This document shows positions 37,645 through 48,200 of a stretch of DNA of 64,000 nucleotides, in pieces (position 1 is the stretch's first letter; each line of letters starts with the position of its first letter). Below the pieces are notes generated by a model, which saw nothing but the letters and a program-made list of their open reading frames with translations, searched no databases and was not told where the DNA came from. Source of the DNA: an uncultured Roseibium sp. (GTDB taxonomy: Bacteria > Pseudomonadota > Alphaproteobacteria > Rhizobiales > Stappiaceae); assembly GCF_947496995.1 (NCBI RefSeq), contig NZ_CANMFD010000001.1, positions 242,692-306,691 on the forward strand, written 5' to 3'. Position numbers and translations under genes: made by a program.

Positions 37645-38354
37645 AACCGCTGATCGGAGTTTCCACATCCGCGCGCGGCGGCTGGCGGTCCTTTCTGGCG
37701 ATCCGCTTTGCGCTCTGGCGCGCCGGGGCGACCGCAAGGCGCATCACCGCCGGAAAACCATATGATCTGAACGAGCTTGACGGCATCATCGCCGGCGGCG
37801 GCGATGATATTTCCGCGACGCTCTACGGTGGCAGCCTGATACCGGACGTCCGGCTCGATCCGGAACGCGATGCGCTCGAAACTAAGCTCATCCGGTCGGC
37901 GGTCAGCCGCGGGTTGCCCGTTCTGGGCATCTGCCGCGGCGCGCAGATGATCAATGTGTCGCTTGGCGGAAATCTCCATGCCGACGTTTGGGAAGCGTTC
38001 AAGAGCGCGCCCGAAATACGCACTGTGCTGCCGCGCAAGCGGATCACAGTGTCGAAAGACTCATGGCTCGACACGATTCTGGAGTGTGACGGCTGCCGTG
38101 TGAATGCCTTGCACCACCAGTCGGTGGACTCTCTCGGAGAGGGGTTGAGAGTGAGCGCCACAGATGACTACGGCATCATTCAGGCCATCGAGTCGGTCTC
38201 CCGCCCGCAGATACTTGGCGTCCAGTGGCACCCCGAACTGATGCCCTTCACGCGCAATCAACTCGGGCTGTTCACCTGGCTCGCCGACACCGCCAGAAAC
38301 CGCGAAACGAAAACAGAGCATTTCATGCCCGGATTTGAGCGCCAGGCCGGGTGA
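37641..38354 (+). CDS. peptidase C26 / class I glutamine-amidotransferase-like gamma-glutamyl hydrolase (PuuD-like)
   Basis: PVLGICRGAQMINV (nucleophile Cys), NALHHQS and VQWHPE (His/Glu of the triad). ATGA overlap with the amidoligase gene. Confidence 0.8.
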   Translation: MKPLIGVSTSARGGWRSFLAIRFALWRAGATARRITAGKPYDLNELDGIIAGGGDDISATLYGGSLIPDVRLDPERDALETKLIRSAVSRGLPVLGICRGAQMINVSLGGNLHADVWEAFKSAPEIRTVLPRKRITVSKDSWLDTILECDGCRVNALHHQSVDSLGEGLRVSATDDYGIIQAIESVSRPQILGVQWHPELMPFTRNQLGLFTWLADTARNRETKTEHFMPGFERQAG

Positions 38355-38414
38355 AGCTAGAGAGCGCTGGCAAGCTGGAGCTGATCTGGCCACATGGGCG
38401 CACGGCAAACAGTC

Positions 38415-39551
38415 CTACACGACATGAACAGCAAGCGGCCCGAAGCCGTTGAAGCCGACCGAGGCATAGGTCGACGTGTAGGCGCCGGTTCCCTCGATCA
38501 GGACGTCGTCGCCGATCTGCAAATTGTGCGGCAGACGGCAGGGTCTTTGTTCGTAAAGCACATCGGCTGAATCGCAGGTCGGTCCCGCGAGAATATACGG
38601 GACCGTTGCCGTGTTTCCGTATCTGGTCGTCAGCGGATAGCGGATAGCCTCGTCCATGGTTTCCGCCAAACCGCCGAACTTGCCGATGTCGAGGTAAACC
38701 CATTGCAGCGGGTCTCCTGGGGATTTACTGGAAATTAGCACGACTTCGGACCTTATGGTGCCGGCATTGCCGACGAGACCGCGGCCCGGTTCGATCACCG
38801 TGTCGGGAAGCGCGTTGCCGAAATGGGCTCTCAGGGCGCGCCGGATTTCCCGGCCGTAATCGCCCGGTCCGGGAACGTCGCTCAGATACCGCGCCGGAAA
38901 GCCGCCGCCCAGATTGAGGCACCTGATCAGGACGCCTTCGTCGGCCAGCGTCTGAACCACTTTCGCTGCCTGTTCCAGGCTGCGCTGCCAGGCGGCCGGA
39001 TCGGTCTGCTGGGAACCGACATGAAAGGACAGGCCGCAGGGATCGAGACCGCGTTGCCGGGCAAGATGCATGACGCAGATCGCGACGTAAGGATCGCAGC
39101 CGAATTTTCGCGACAACGGCCATTCGGCGCCGGCCCCGTCGGTCAATAGCCGGCAAAACACCTGAGAGCCGGGGGCGGCGCGGGCGATCTTTTCGACTTC
39201 CGCCGGGCAATCGACCGCGAATTGCCGAACACCCATACGGTACGCCTGCGCGATGTCGCGTTCTTTCTTGATGGTGTTGCCATAGGAAATGTCGCAGGCG
39301 GCAGCTCCCGCCTCCAGAACCATGTTCACCTCGGCAACGGAAGCGACATCGAACGAGGCTCCGAGCCCGACAAGCAACTCCAGGATCTCGGGCGCGGGAT
39401 TGGCTTTGACCGCATAGTGGATTCTGGTTTGCGGCAGGGACCGCTGCAGCGCGCGGTAGGTCTTCCGGACGATCTCCAGATCAACGACAAGGCATGGCCC
39501 GTCGGCGAGGTCGCGGCGGTCCAGAAAATTGAGAATCTTTTTCGTGGTCAT
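38415..39551 (-). CDS. ornithine (lysine/ornithine) decarboxylase, alanine-racemase-fold PLP enzyme
   Basis: IHYAVKANP (PLP Lys), FDVAS, LNLGGGFP, and AGPTCDSAD near the C-terminus. Confidence 0.85.
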   Translation of the reverse strand: MTTKKILNFLDRRDLADGPCLVVDLEIVRKTYRALQRSLPQTRIHYAVKANPAPEILELLVGLGASFDVASVAEVNMVLEAGAAACDISYGNTIKKERDIAQAYRMGVRQFAVDCPAEVEKIARAAPGSQVFCRLLTDGAGAEWPLSRKFGCDPYVAICVMHLARQRGLDPCGLSFHVGSQQTDPAAWQRSLEQAAKVVQTLADEGVLIRCLNLGGGFPARYLSDVPGPGDYGREIRRALRAHFGNALPDTVIEPGRGLVGNAGTIRSEVVLISSKSPGDPLQWVYLDIGKFGGLAETMDEAIRYPLTTRYGNTATVPYILAGPTCDSADVLYEQRPCRLPHNLQIGDDVLIEGTGAYTSTYASVGFNGFGPLAVHVV

Positions 39552-39655
39552 TCGAATCTCCTCCGGTTCGGAAAGCCTGTTTGCAGGCTGCGCGCGTCTC
39601 CCTCGATTGTTCGGGCACCCCTTGAACGGCAGCGGTGCCGGCTGGTTCTTTCCGG

Positions 39656-40963
39656 TCAGCGGTCGTTCAGATGATCGAAAAAGGTCGTGCCCCGGTAGTC
39701 CTTGCGGAAGAGGCCAAGATCGCCGAGCGCCGGAACGACCTGTTCCAGGAACAACCGCACCGACTCCACCGATCCGCCCGGGAAGGCTACAAAACCGTCG
39801 ATGGCTCCCCCGGTCGCCCAGTCCTTGATCGCGGCCACCGCATCGGCTGGCGTACCCACAACCAGCCAGTGGGCGGAGCCGATGACTTCCGGTCGCCGAA
39901 GCAGGTCTTCAACGGTCGGCTCATCCCGCTCGATCATGCGCCGCAGCAGCTGGGAATGGGTCCGGCTGCGCACCTTTTCCGGCGGTGGCGGCAGATCCGA
40001 CGCGGTCACATTCCTGCCGGTCGGCCAGTCGGACAGGTCCAGTCCCGTCATCTCCAGCACCGTGGCGAAGGCCCGCTGGCGGCTCATGCGCGCGTTCGTC
40101 TCGGCAAAGAGATCCTGCGCTTCGGCCTGTGTCGGGGCCAGGTAAAGGCTCAGGCCCGGCAGGACGCGGATGTCGTCTCCGTGCCGTCCCTGTGCCTCGG
40201 CGCGGCTGCGCAGGTCGGAGCGCAGGTCGATGGCGGCGGCCATGTCCGGTGTCGAGGCAAAGATCGCGTCGGCCACCGAGGAGGCGAAAGCCCGACCGGC
40301 ATCCGAGGCGCCTGCCTGTACCAGCGGGATCGGGGCCTTGTCATAGCGCGGCAGGTTGAGCGGTCCCTTGACGCTGAAAAAAGCCCCCTGATGATCGACC
40401 GCCTTGACCTCGTCCGGGTCGGCAAAACGGCCGCTCGCCTTGTCCAGCTTCAGGGCATCCTGCGGGAAACTCGCCCAGAGTTGGCGGACGACTTCGGTGA
40501 ACTCGGCTGCCCTTGCATAGCGGTCTTCCGGACTGGGCATTTCGGTGAGCCCGAAATTGCCGTTGCCGTCCAGCGCCGTGACGATATTCCAGCCCGCGCG
40601 GCCGTTGCTTAGCCAGTTCAGCGACTGGATCTGTCGGGCAACGATATAAGGCGGGAAGAAGGTCGTCGACGCGGTCGAAAGCAGCCCGATCCTCGAGGTC
40701 TCGCGGGCAATCGAAGCCAGCAGCAGCGTTGGATCCAGGCTGGCAAACCCCGTCCCCGACGCCAGCAGGTCCGTGTTCAGAAAAAGCGAATCCGGCAAGA
40801 AGGCAAAGTCGAGTTTCGCCCGCTCGGCGCGTTGTGCGATGTCGAGATAAAAGTCACTGCCGTAAAGGCCTTCCACGCCGCTGTCCGGACGCCGCCAGGC
40901 GTCGCCGCTGAGCCATGTCGGGGCGAGCGACATGCCAATATGCAATTTTTTCGAGAGGGTCAT
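39656..40963 (-). CDS. LLM-class flavin-dependent monooxygenase (NtaA/SnaA/DszA subfamily)
   Basis: 435 aa. HIGMSLAPTW, AERAKLDFAFLPD, LNWLSNGRAGWNIVT. Confidence 0.8.
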   Translation of the reverse strand: MTLSKKLHIGMSLAPTWLSGDAWRRPDSGVEGLYGSDFYLDIAQRAERAKLDFAFLPDSLFLNTDLLASGTGFASLDPTLLLASIARETSRIGLLSTASTTFFPPYIVARQIQSLNWLSNGRAGWNIVTALDGNGNFGLTEMPSPEDRYARAAEFTEVVRQLWASFPQDALKLDKASGRFADPDEVKAVDHQGAFFSVKGPLNLPRYDKAPIPLVQAGASDAGRAFASSVADAIFASTPDMAAAIDLRSDLRSRAEAQGRHGDDIRVLPGLSLYLAPTQAEAQDLFAETNARMSRQRAFATVLEMTGLDLSDWPTGRNVTASDLPPPPEKVRSRTHSQLLRRMIERDEPTVEDLLRRPEVIGSAHWLVVGTPADAVAAIKDWATGGAIDGFVAFPGGSVESVRLFLEQVVPALGDLGLFRKDYRGTTFFDHLNDR

Positions 40964-41051
40964 CTCATCCGCTCATGACTGGATTGAAAAACGAGTTGGG
41001 AGCTTGCTTTGGGTTTGCTGGCTCGTTTCGGATAGTATAAAGACTTCTGCA

Positions 41052-41861
41052 ATGCAGAAGGTCAAGAGGTCGATTTTGCTCGAGACACGGCACGTAACCG
41101 CAGCTTATGGAAAACTGGAAGTGCTGAGCGATGTGTCCGTGCTCTTCCGGAAGGGCCGGCTGACGGCGGTCGCCGGGCCGAATGGCTGCGGCAAGTCCAG
41201 CCTGCTGAAAGCCATCATGGGGTTTCTGCCTGTCAGTGGTGGCGAGATCGTCCTGGAAGGCGAACAGGTGGCGCGGATCGGCCGGAAAAAGCTTGCCCGC
41301 CGCATCGCCTATCTGCCGCAGGACTGTTTCTGCCCGGACTATATGACCCTTGGCGAATTGATCGAGCTGGCAGGCTATTCCCGCTACGGGCTGGCCGGTG
41401 GGCCTTCCGAGCGAGACCGCGCGCTTTACCGGGAGGTGCTCGAAACGGTCGGATTGAGCGACAGGGCGGGATTTCCCGTCAACAAGCTTTCAGGCGGTCA
41501 GCGCCAGCGCGCCTGGATTGCCATGGTGCTGGCCCAGGACACGGATATCGTCCTTCTGGATGAACCGGTGAACCATCTCGACATGAAGTATCAATTCGCC
41601 GTTCTTGAACTGATCAGGGAACTGACCGAGATCCACGGAAAGACCGTCGTCGCGGTGCTGCACGACCTCAACCTGACCACCACCTTCGCCGACGACGTTG
41701 TCCTGATGCGCTCGGGCAGATGCGTGACGTCCGGGCCGGTTGCCGAGACGGTGACCACCGGCAACATCGAACGGGTTTTCGATCTCCGGACCCAGATTTT
41801 TCCAAGGGATGGACGCCTCGTCTGCTTTCCGGAGCGCGCGGGACACGCAGCGGTCTCCTGA
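41052..41861 (+). CDS. iron-siderophore ABC transporter ATP-binding protein (FecE/FepC-like)
   Basis: Walker A GPNGCGKSS, signature LSGGQRQRAWIAMVLA, Walker B IVLLDEP. Start at ATG 41052. Confidence 0.88.
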   Translation: MQKVKRSILLETRHVTAAYGKLEVLSDVSVLFRKGRLTAVAGPNGCGKSSLLKAIMGFLPVSGGEIVLEGEQVARIGRKKLARRIAYLPQDCFCPDYMTLGELIELAGYSRYGLAGGPSERDRALYREVLETVGLSDRAGFPVNKLSGGQRQRAWIAMVLAQDTDIVLLDEPVNHLDMKYQFAVLELIRELTEIHGKTVVAVLHDLNLTTTFADDVVLMRSGRCVTSGPVAETVTTGNIERVFDLRTQIFPRDGRLVCFPERAGHAAVS

Positions 41862-42874
41862 TGGAAAGGCGCACAGTCTTCCTGCTTGCGGTTCTTCCCC
41901 TGTTGCTGGTCGCGCTCGCCCTGCATTTGCTGGTGGGCTACCGGCCAGCGGATATTCCGGGCCTCATCGGCGCGGTGCTTCGCTTCGAAGCCCAAAGCTA
42001 CGACGAGGCCGTGCTCCTGTTCCAGCGTCTGCCGCGCAGCCTGATCGCGATCTATGTCGGCAGCATCGCCGCTGCCAGCGGCTTCGTGCTGCAGAGCCTT
42101 GTGCGCAATCCTCTGGCGTCTCCGGCAACAATGGGTGTCAATGCGGGTGCCGCCCTGTTTCTCGTGGCCGGCGCGCTTGTGCTTGATATCGGACCGGCGC
42201 TGCAGGGTGTGGCCGCCCTTGCCGGGGCTCTGGCCGGCTTCGTTTGCTGCATTGCCATTGCCCGCTTTGCCGGCCGCCGCAACGATCCGCGCGGATTGTC
42301 GCTTATCCTTTCCGGAGCGCTGGTCTCCATGCTGTTTACCGGCATAACCAACGCCTTTTTGCTGTCCGACCCCGCACGGCGTTCGGAGTTTCTGAGCTGG
42401 GTGGTCGGCACAATCAATCATGCCTATATCGACAGGCTCGCCATGTTCTGGTGGGTCGGGGCGGGCGCCATCGTCGCCTTCCTCCTGCTCGCGCGGCCCC
42501 TCACGCTGATCCTGTTTGGCGCGGAAAAGGCGGCCTCGACCGGTGTCAATGTGCCCCTCGTCTCCCGCATCGCGATCCTGGCTGCCGTGCTTGGCTCCGG
42601 TTCCGTCGTCGCCGTATGCGGCCCGATCGGCTTCGTGGGACTGATCGTGCCGCATATGGTGCGCCCCTTTGTGGGCAACAATCTGGTCTTCGCGCTGCCT
42701 GCCTCGCTTGCGACGGGCGCCGTGGTCTGCCTGCTGGCGGATGTCTTCGCGCGCGAGGCTCTTTACCCCTATGTGCTGAGCACGGGCCTGGTGACGGATC
42801 TGATCGGCGGCGTCGTCTTTGTCATCATCGTCAAGCGTTTCTATCTCTCTCCTGCCAATCGGGAAGCGGCATGA
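41861..42874 (+). CDS. FecCD-family iron-siderophore ABC permease
   Basis: LPRSLIAIYVGSIAAASGFVLQSLVRNPLASPATMGVNAGAAL is typical of FecCD. Start overlaps the ATPase stop by 1 nt. Confidence 0.85.
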   Translation: MERRTVFLLAVLPLLLVALALHLLVGYRPADIPGLIGAVLRFEAQSYDEAVLLFQRLPRSLIAIYVGSIAAASGFVLQSLVRNPLASPATMGVNAGAALFLVAGALVLDIGPALQGVAALAGALAGFVCCIAIARFAGRRNDPRGLSLILSGALVSMLFTGITNAFLLSDPARRSEFLSWVVGTINHAYIDRLAMFWWVGAGAIVAFLLLARPLTLILFGAEKAASTGVNVPLVSRIAILAAVLGSGSVVAVCGPIGFVGLIVPHMVRPFVGNNLVFALPASLATGAVVCLLADVFAREALYPYVLSTGLVTDLIGGVVFVIIVKRFYLSPANREAA

Positions 42875-43938
42875 TCAGGCGCGGCACCGCGACGGACGGC
42901 AAACGGGTCCTGCGACTGGCGAACGGTCTTCAGATGCGGACCGGAAATCTCCTGGCAGGCTGCGGGCTTGCCGCAGCGGCGCTGATCCTGGCCGCCTGGT
43001 CCACAGGGCTCGGCCTGACGGATGCCGGACTTGCCGATCTGCTACGGGCGCTCACGGGCGGCTCTCTGTCCGATGCCGAAACATATGCGCTCCTGACGGT
43101 CCGGCTGCCGCGGATCCTGCTGGGCTTCATGGTCGGCTGGGCGGTGGCGCTCTCCGGTGCGCTGCTCCAGTCGATTGCGCGCAATCCACTCGCCGATCCT
43201 GGCCTTTTCGGTTTTAGCCAGGGCTCGATGATCATGATCATGCTGCTTCTGGTGATTGCACCGGTCGCGCCGAAAAGCCTGGTTGCGCTGGCAGCCGTGA
43301 CAGGCGGGCTGTGCGTTGCCGGCCTGCTGCTCTGGCTGGTCGGCGGCGAGCGGTCAAGCGGCCTTTCGATCGTGCTGTTGGGGATCGCCGTCGAGACGGT
43401 TCTGTCCTCGTTCGGCTCGCTGCTGATCCTCTACCTGCCGACGGAAACCTCGATTGCCCTGTCCGAATGGCTTGCGGGGTCTCTGTTCCAGGCCAACTGG
43501 AGCGTGATCGCGGCCTTTACGCCGCTGTTCGTGCTTGGCCTTGTCGGCAGTCTTCTCGCCGGGGGCGCGACTTCCGCCTACGACCTTGGCACGGAGATGG
43601 CGCAGGCGCTTGGCGAACCTGTCGCCAGATCGCGGCCGTTGATCCTTCTGTTCGCGGTCGTCCTGAGTGCTGCCGCGGTGACGGCTGTCGGACCTCTGGT
43701 CTTTCTGGGAGTGCTCGCGCCGCATATTGCCGGCTTTCTCTCGCCGGCCGTCGGCCGGGCCCGCTTGTTACTCTCCGGGTTGGTGGGGGGCATGCTTGTC
43801 GTTGCCGCCGACGCACTCACCCGCGGCATTGCCGGTGGCCTCCCCCTGCCGCTCGGTCTCAGTCTGACGATGGTCGGTGTTCCGCTTTTCATCATCGCGC
43901 TGCGTCTTCAGGCGTTGCGAAAACTCCAGTCTCATTGA
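42871..43938 (+). CDS. FecCD-family iron-siderophore ABC permease (second subunit)
   Basis: RLPRILLGFMVGWAVALSGALLQSIARNPLADPGLFGFSQGS. ATGA overlap with the first permease gene. Confidence 0.85.
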   Translation: MIRRGTATDGKRVLRLANGLQMRTGNLLAGCGLAAAALILAAWSTGLGLTDAGLADLLRALTGGSLSDAETYALLTVRLPRILLGFMVGWAVALSGALLQSIARNPLADPGLFGFSQGSMIMIMLLLVIAPVAPKSLVALAAVTGGLCVAGLLLWLVGGERSSGLSIVLLGIAVETVLSSFGSLLILYLPTETSIALSEWLAGSLFQANWSVIAAFTPLFVLGLVGSLLAGGATSAYDLGTEMAQALGEPVARSRPLILLFAVVLSAAAVTAVGPLVFLGVLAPHIAGFLSPAVGRARLLLSGLVGGMLVVAADALTRGIAGGLPLPLGLSLTMVGVPLFIIALRLQALRKLQSH

Positions 43939-43948
43939 AAGGTTTCTC

Positions 43949-44914
43949 ATGCGGTTTCTCGTTTCCTGCGCAGTCGCGGCCGTTCTGACGGCAAGCCCCG
44001 TTTTTGCGGCCGACCGTCTTCTCACCGACGATACCGGCCGGGAGATAACTATCCCGGACACTCCGGAACGGATCGTTGTCATGCACGAACCCCTGCTCGG
44101 CGTTCCGCTGATGGACCTTGGTCTGGAGCTTGCCGGCAGCTACGGCCGCGCGGACGACGGCGGCTTCGTGATCGCGGTGGATTTCATCGACACCGTGCTC
44201 GGCGAGGGCAAGGCCAAACCGAAGGGGTTCGGGCCGGTCGGCCAGCCGGACCTGGAAAAGTTGCGGGCGCTGGAGCCCGACCTGATCCTGGCGAGCGAAC
44301 TCGATGCAGGAAAGGTCGATCAGCTCTCGACCGTCGCTCCCGTTTATCTGCAGAATATCAGCGGCGACAAGGTGCACGGCTTTGACATTCAGGAGAACCT
44401 TGCGGCGCTGCTCGGCCGGGAGGATCTGTTTGAAGCTCGCAAGGCTGGCTATATGGAGCGTGTCGCCGAGTTGCGCGCCGCCCTGCCGGGAGATGCGGCC
44501 GGCCAGACCTATCTGCCGGTCTTCCTGACGGATCAGATCAACGTTGTCGGCGATTCTTCCGGCATGGTGCAGGCGCTGGAGGATCTTGGTTACACTCGGC
44601 TCGAGGTCGCCGAGGCGAGCACCACCTCGGCGAGCGGTGGCTCCATGATGCTGATGCCGCTCAGCGCCGAGGTGTTCGGCAGCTTGAACCCGGATATCCT
44701 TGTCCTGTTGAACAGCTATATGGACAGCAGCCGCGACGAGGCGGGCACGCGTGAAAAGCTCGACAGGATCGTCCCCGGCTGGGACCGTTTTATGAAACCC
44801 GCCCTGGAAAATCGCATTCTCTTTGTCGATCCCGCAACGGTCATCACGCCGACGGTGGCGAGTGCGGAACACATGCTGGACGCCATCGAGCACTGGAGCG
44901 GGCAGGCACAGTAG
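43949..44914 (+). CDS. periplasmic iron-siderophore binding protein (FecB/FhuD-like, cluster A SBP)
   Basis: Signal peptide MRFLVSCAVAAVLTASPVFA. Followed by TDDTGREITIPDTPERIVV, typical of this family. Confidence 0.8.
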   Translation: MRFLVSCAVAAVLTASPVFAADRLLTDDTGREITIPDTPERIVVMHEPLLGVPLMDLGLELAGSYGRADDGGFVIAVDFIDTVLGEGKAKPKGFGPVGQPDLEKLRALEPDLILASELDAGKVDQLSTVAPVYLQNISGDKVHGFDIQENLAALLGREDLFEARKAGYMERVAELRAALPGDAAGQTYLPVFLTDQINVVGDSSGMVQALEDLGYTRLEVAEASTTSASGGSMMLMPLSAEVFGSLNPDILVLLNSYMDSSRDEAGTREKLDRIVPGWDRFMKPALENRILFVDPATVITPTVASAEHMLDAIEHWSGQAQ

Positions 44915-44951
44915 CCGCCAGCTCACCGGACGTTAGAACGCCGCGCAAACA

Positions 44952-44987
44952 GACCACTTGAACCGGGTCGCCGAGGTTCGAGTGGTC
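44952..44987 (+). terminator. 13-bp stem-loop downstream of the importer operon
   Basis: GACCACTTGAACC / GGTTCGAGTGGTC (12 of 13 pairs) with a 10-nt loop. The T-tract is weak. Confidence 0.35.
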
Positions 44988-45247
44988 CTGTGTGTCTTAC
45001 GCGGACTTGCCCGAACCACACCCCAAAACGAAGGATGCCAACAGGCATTGAACAGACATTGTAAAAACATGAGTTTTTGATACAAGTTTAATTGCTCCTG
45101 ATGGGTGCGCCTGCTAATAATTGCAACTGCCATTGATCCGTTTCGAGCGATCCCGTGCGCCGCAAAGATGAACTGTCGGAAGTTCTCGCGGCCTCAGGGC
45201 TCTCGATGACGCGCAACTAGCCCCAAAATGAGTATCAGGAGACTGCA

Positions 45248-48200
45248 ATGACCGGAGGTTTCGACCGCCTGTTGACGGAAAGCGAGCTTGAGCACTTCGA
45301 CGAGATGCTCAAATCCCAGGAAGATCACAACCAGGGTGCCGGGGCAGCTGTCGGGACTTCGGACAATTGGTCTCTTGCAGATCCGCTCGGTGTTACGCAG
45401 CATCAGGAGCGGATCTGGCTGGCCCAGCAACAGGACCCTGCGCTGACATTGCGCCATGCGCTGGCCTACAGGCTGGGCGGCATTCCGGAGATCGCACGCC
45501 TCACGCGGGCCGTGGACAATGTGGTCGAAGCCTTGCCGGAGCTTTCGATGCGCTACCGCTTCAGCGATGACGGCGAGCTGGTGAAACATCAGTCCGGTGA
45601 GCGCGGCGATACTCTGGAAATCGTCAATGTCGACAGCCGGCAGGAAGCCATTGCCTTGATCATGGCACGTCAACAGGCTCCCTGGGTGTCGCAGTCCGAA
45701 CCACCCTTCAAGGTTCTGGTGATTTTCTGCCTCGACGAGGTGATCTTGAGTCTTCTCATGCATCGCATTGTCGAGGAAATCTGCACGCCGGAAGATGTCT
45801 TGAAAAATCTTGCCCGTGCCTATGACCGCAAGCCCTTCCTCCCGCCGGCTACGACCCACGCGGAGGAACTTGATCTGGCGTCTCGCGATGTTGCCCCGGT
45901 CGTCTGGCTGCGCCGGGAGGAGCCGGGTGTGGCGATTGCCGAATTCGGCGCATCCTCCCAGCTCCCCGTGGCGAGCGGACGGTATGCACACCGTTATGGC
46001 ACCGTGATCGAAACCGGGACCTTGCCGCTTCCCTCAGACCTTGCCTCTGACATTTCGGGCGCGCTCGCGTTTTTCGGAACCCGCTTTGCCAGGTTGCTCT
46101 GCAGGTTGGGCGGCCATGAGCGGATCGAAGTCAGCTTTCCGGCAAAGCCGGAAGACCGGCTGGGGGACCATTCCGTGGCGTTCGCCTCCGGGGAAAGTCT
46201 CAAGGTTCTGGTCTCTCGTGAGGCTGCGTTGCAGGAAGATGAAGCCCGGGTGATCTCGATCCTGTCCCACGCGACCGAAAACATGCAGGCAAATGAAGGG
46301 GACCCGGAGGGCGACCTGCCGAAGGTGTCGGTCAAATGGTTGACCGACCCGCATCTCTTTTTCGAGGCGCAGACCGTCACTCTGGAGCGCGTGCCGCTTC
46401 CGACCTTTGAACCGCGCCCGGACTTTGAACTTGCCATCGGCCGGGATGCGGAAGGCCGCATAATCCTGGAACTGGTCACCGGCCAGAAGATCAGCCCGCA
46501 TGCGGGCAACCTGATGCTGGATCTGTTTACACAGCAATTGAATGCAGAGAACGGAAAAGACGCTGAGGGGGAGCGACAGGTCAACCTTCCGGCGTCCATC
46601 GTCGGTGGCACGCCCCTTGCAGACCGTGCCGGAACTCCCGAAGAAGAGCAACGCGCTGATACTGCCGCTATCCAGGCAGCCATTCTGCTGGAGTTCCGCG
46701 AAGCGCTCGCCGCGCCCGACCTGAAGGCCGACGACGACTTCTTCGATTTCGGCGGCCATTCCCTGGTCGCAACCCGGATCATCGGCAGGCTTCTGCACAA
46801 TCATGGCATCGAGCTCCGCTTCAACGATCTGTTCGGCAATCCGACGGCCGCCGCGCTTGCCCGCCACGCCAGACGTGTCGAAAGCGCCAAAGAGCCGGTC
46901 GGCAACGGGCCTGGCGAGATCTCCACCGGCAACACCGACGCTGCGACCGCGCCGTTGGCCCTGGCGCAGATGTCCTTGTGGAAGATCTATTCGGCCCTCG
47001 GCTACAACGAGATTTTCAACCTGCCTTTCGCCCTGGATTTTCTCGACACCGTCGACGAAACGGTTTTCGGTGAGGCGTTTCTGGATCTCATGAAGCGCCA
47101 TGCCGGCCTCAGAACCCGGTTCTTCGAAGATGAAGAGGGGGAGGTGCTGCAGAAGGTCGTTCCCGTTTCGGAACTGGAGAACCACAAGTGGTTCTGGACA
47201 AGCGACGAGAGCACGGAGACCGACCGGCGCACCGAAGCCGGCTATTGCTTCGACCTGTCGAAGGAGCTGCCGGTCAGGTTGCGGTTCCTCAAGGATCCCG
47301 ATACGGGCCGGCAGGTGCTGTCATTCCTGTTCCAGCACCTTGCGCTCGACGAATGGTCGGTCAACTTGTTGATGGACGAACTCGTTGAGGCCTATGCAGC
47401 CAGGGCGGCCGGCTCCGAGCCGGTCTGGTCCGGGCAGCCGGCACCTTTCCACGACTTTGCGCGCAAGCAGGTTCAGGCGGGTGTCAACACCAGGCATCTC
47501 GCCTACTGGACCGACATGCTCGCCGATGCGCCCAGAGAGCTGGTCCTGTTTACCGAAGGCCCCGCACCGGCGGAGCAGCCGGACGGCGAAGGCGTTGCCG
47601 GCGGCTGGGTCGAGATGCGGCTGGAGAAGGAGATTTCCGAAGGCCTTTACGCAATCGCCCGGGAAAACAGCGCTTCCTTGTTCAACGTCGTCTACGCCGC
47701 AATTTCCGCAGCCCTGCAAAGGCTCGGCAACCTGACAGACCTGGTGATCGGCACCTCAGCGTCAGGCCGGACGGATCCGGACTATTTCGACACGATCGGA
47801 TATTTCACCACGGTGGTAGCCCATCGTGTGCGGTTCGCAGGCGAACCGACGGTCGGAACCCTGATCGGCAACGTCAAGGACATGATCAACGGATCGATGC
47901 CCTATACCGACATTCCCATCGACCTTGTGGAATCGGCGCTCGGCATGACATCCGAACGGGATCATCTTTTCGACGTGTTCATTCAGATCCACGCCCAGAA
48001 CAAGCTGAACGGCAATCTGCCGAAGCCCGATGGCGGCCGGATCGCGTTCCGACAGGTCGATCCCGACAAGCACGAATCCCACCTGGGGCTGCAGTTCGAG
48101 GTGATGGAGGAGGTGATCGACGACGACAGGGCTATCCGGGTGTTGATGAGCTACCAGTCAAGGCGTTACAGCCCGCAACAGGTGGATGCAATCCAGGCGG

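Noticed and set aside
45113-45138. Fur-box-like AT-rich segment GCTAATAATTGCAACTGCCATTGATC upstream of the C-T-C NRPS gene.
   Set aside because: It matches the 19-bp Fur consensus only partially and has no dyad symmetry. It cannot be distinguished from a generic AT-rich promoter without a PWM.
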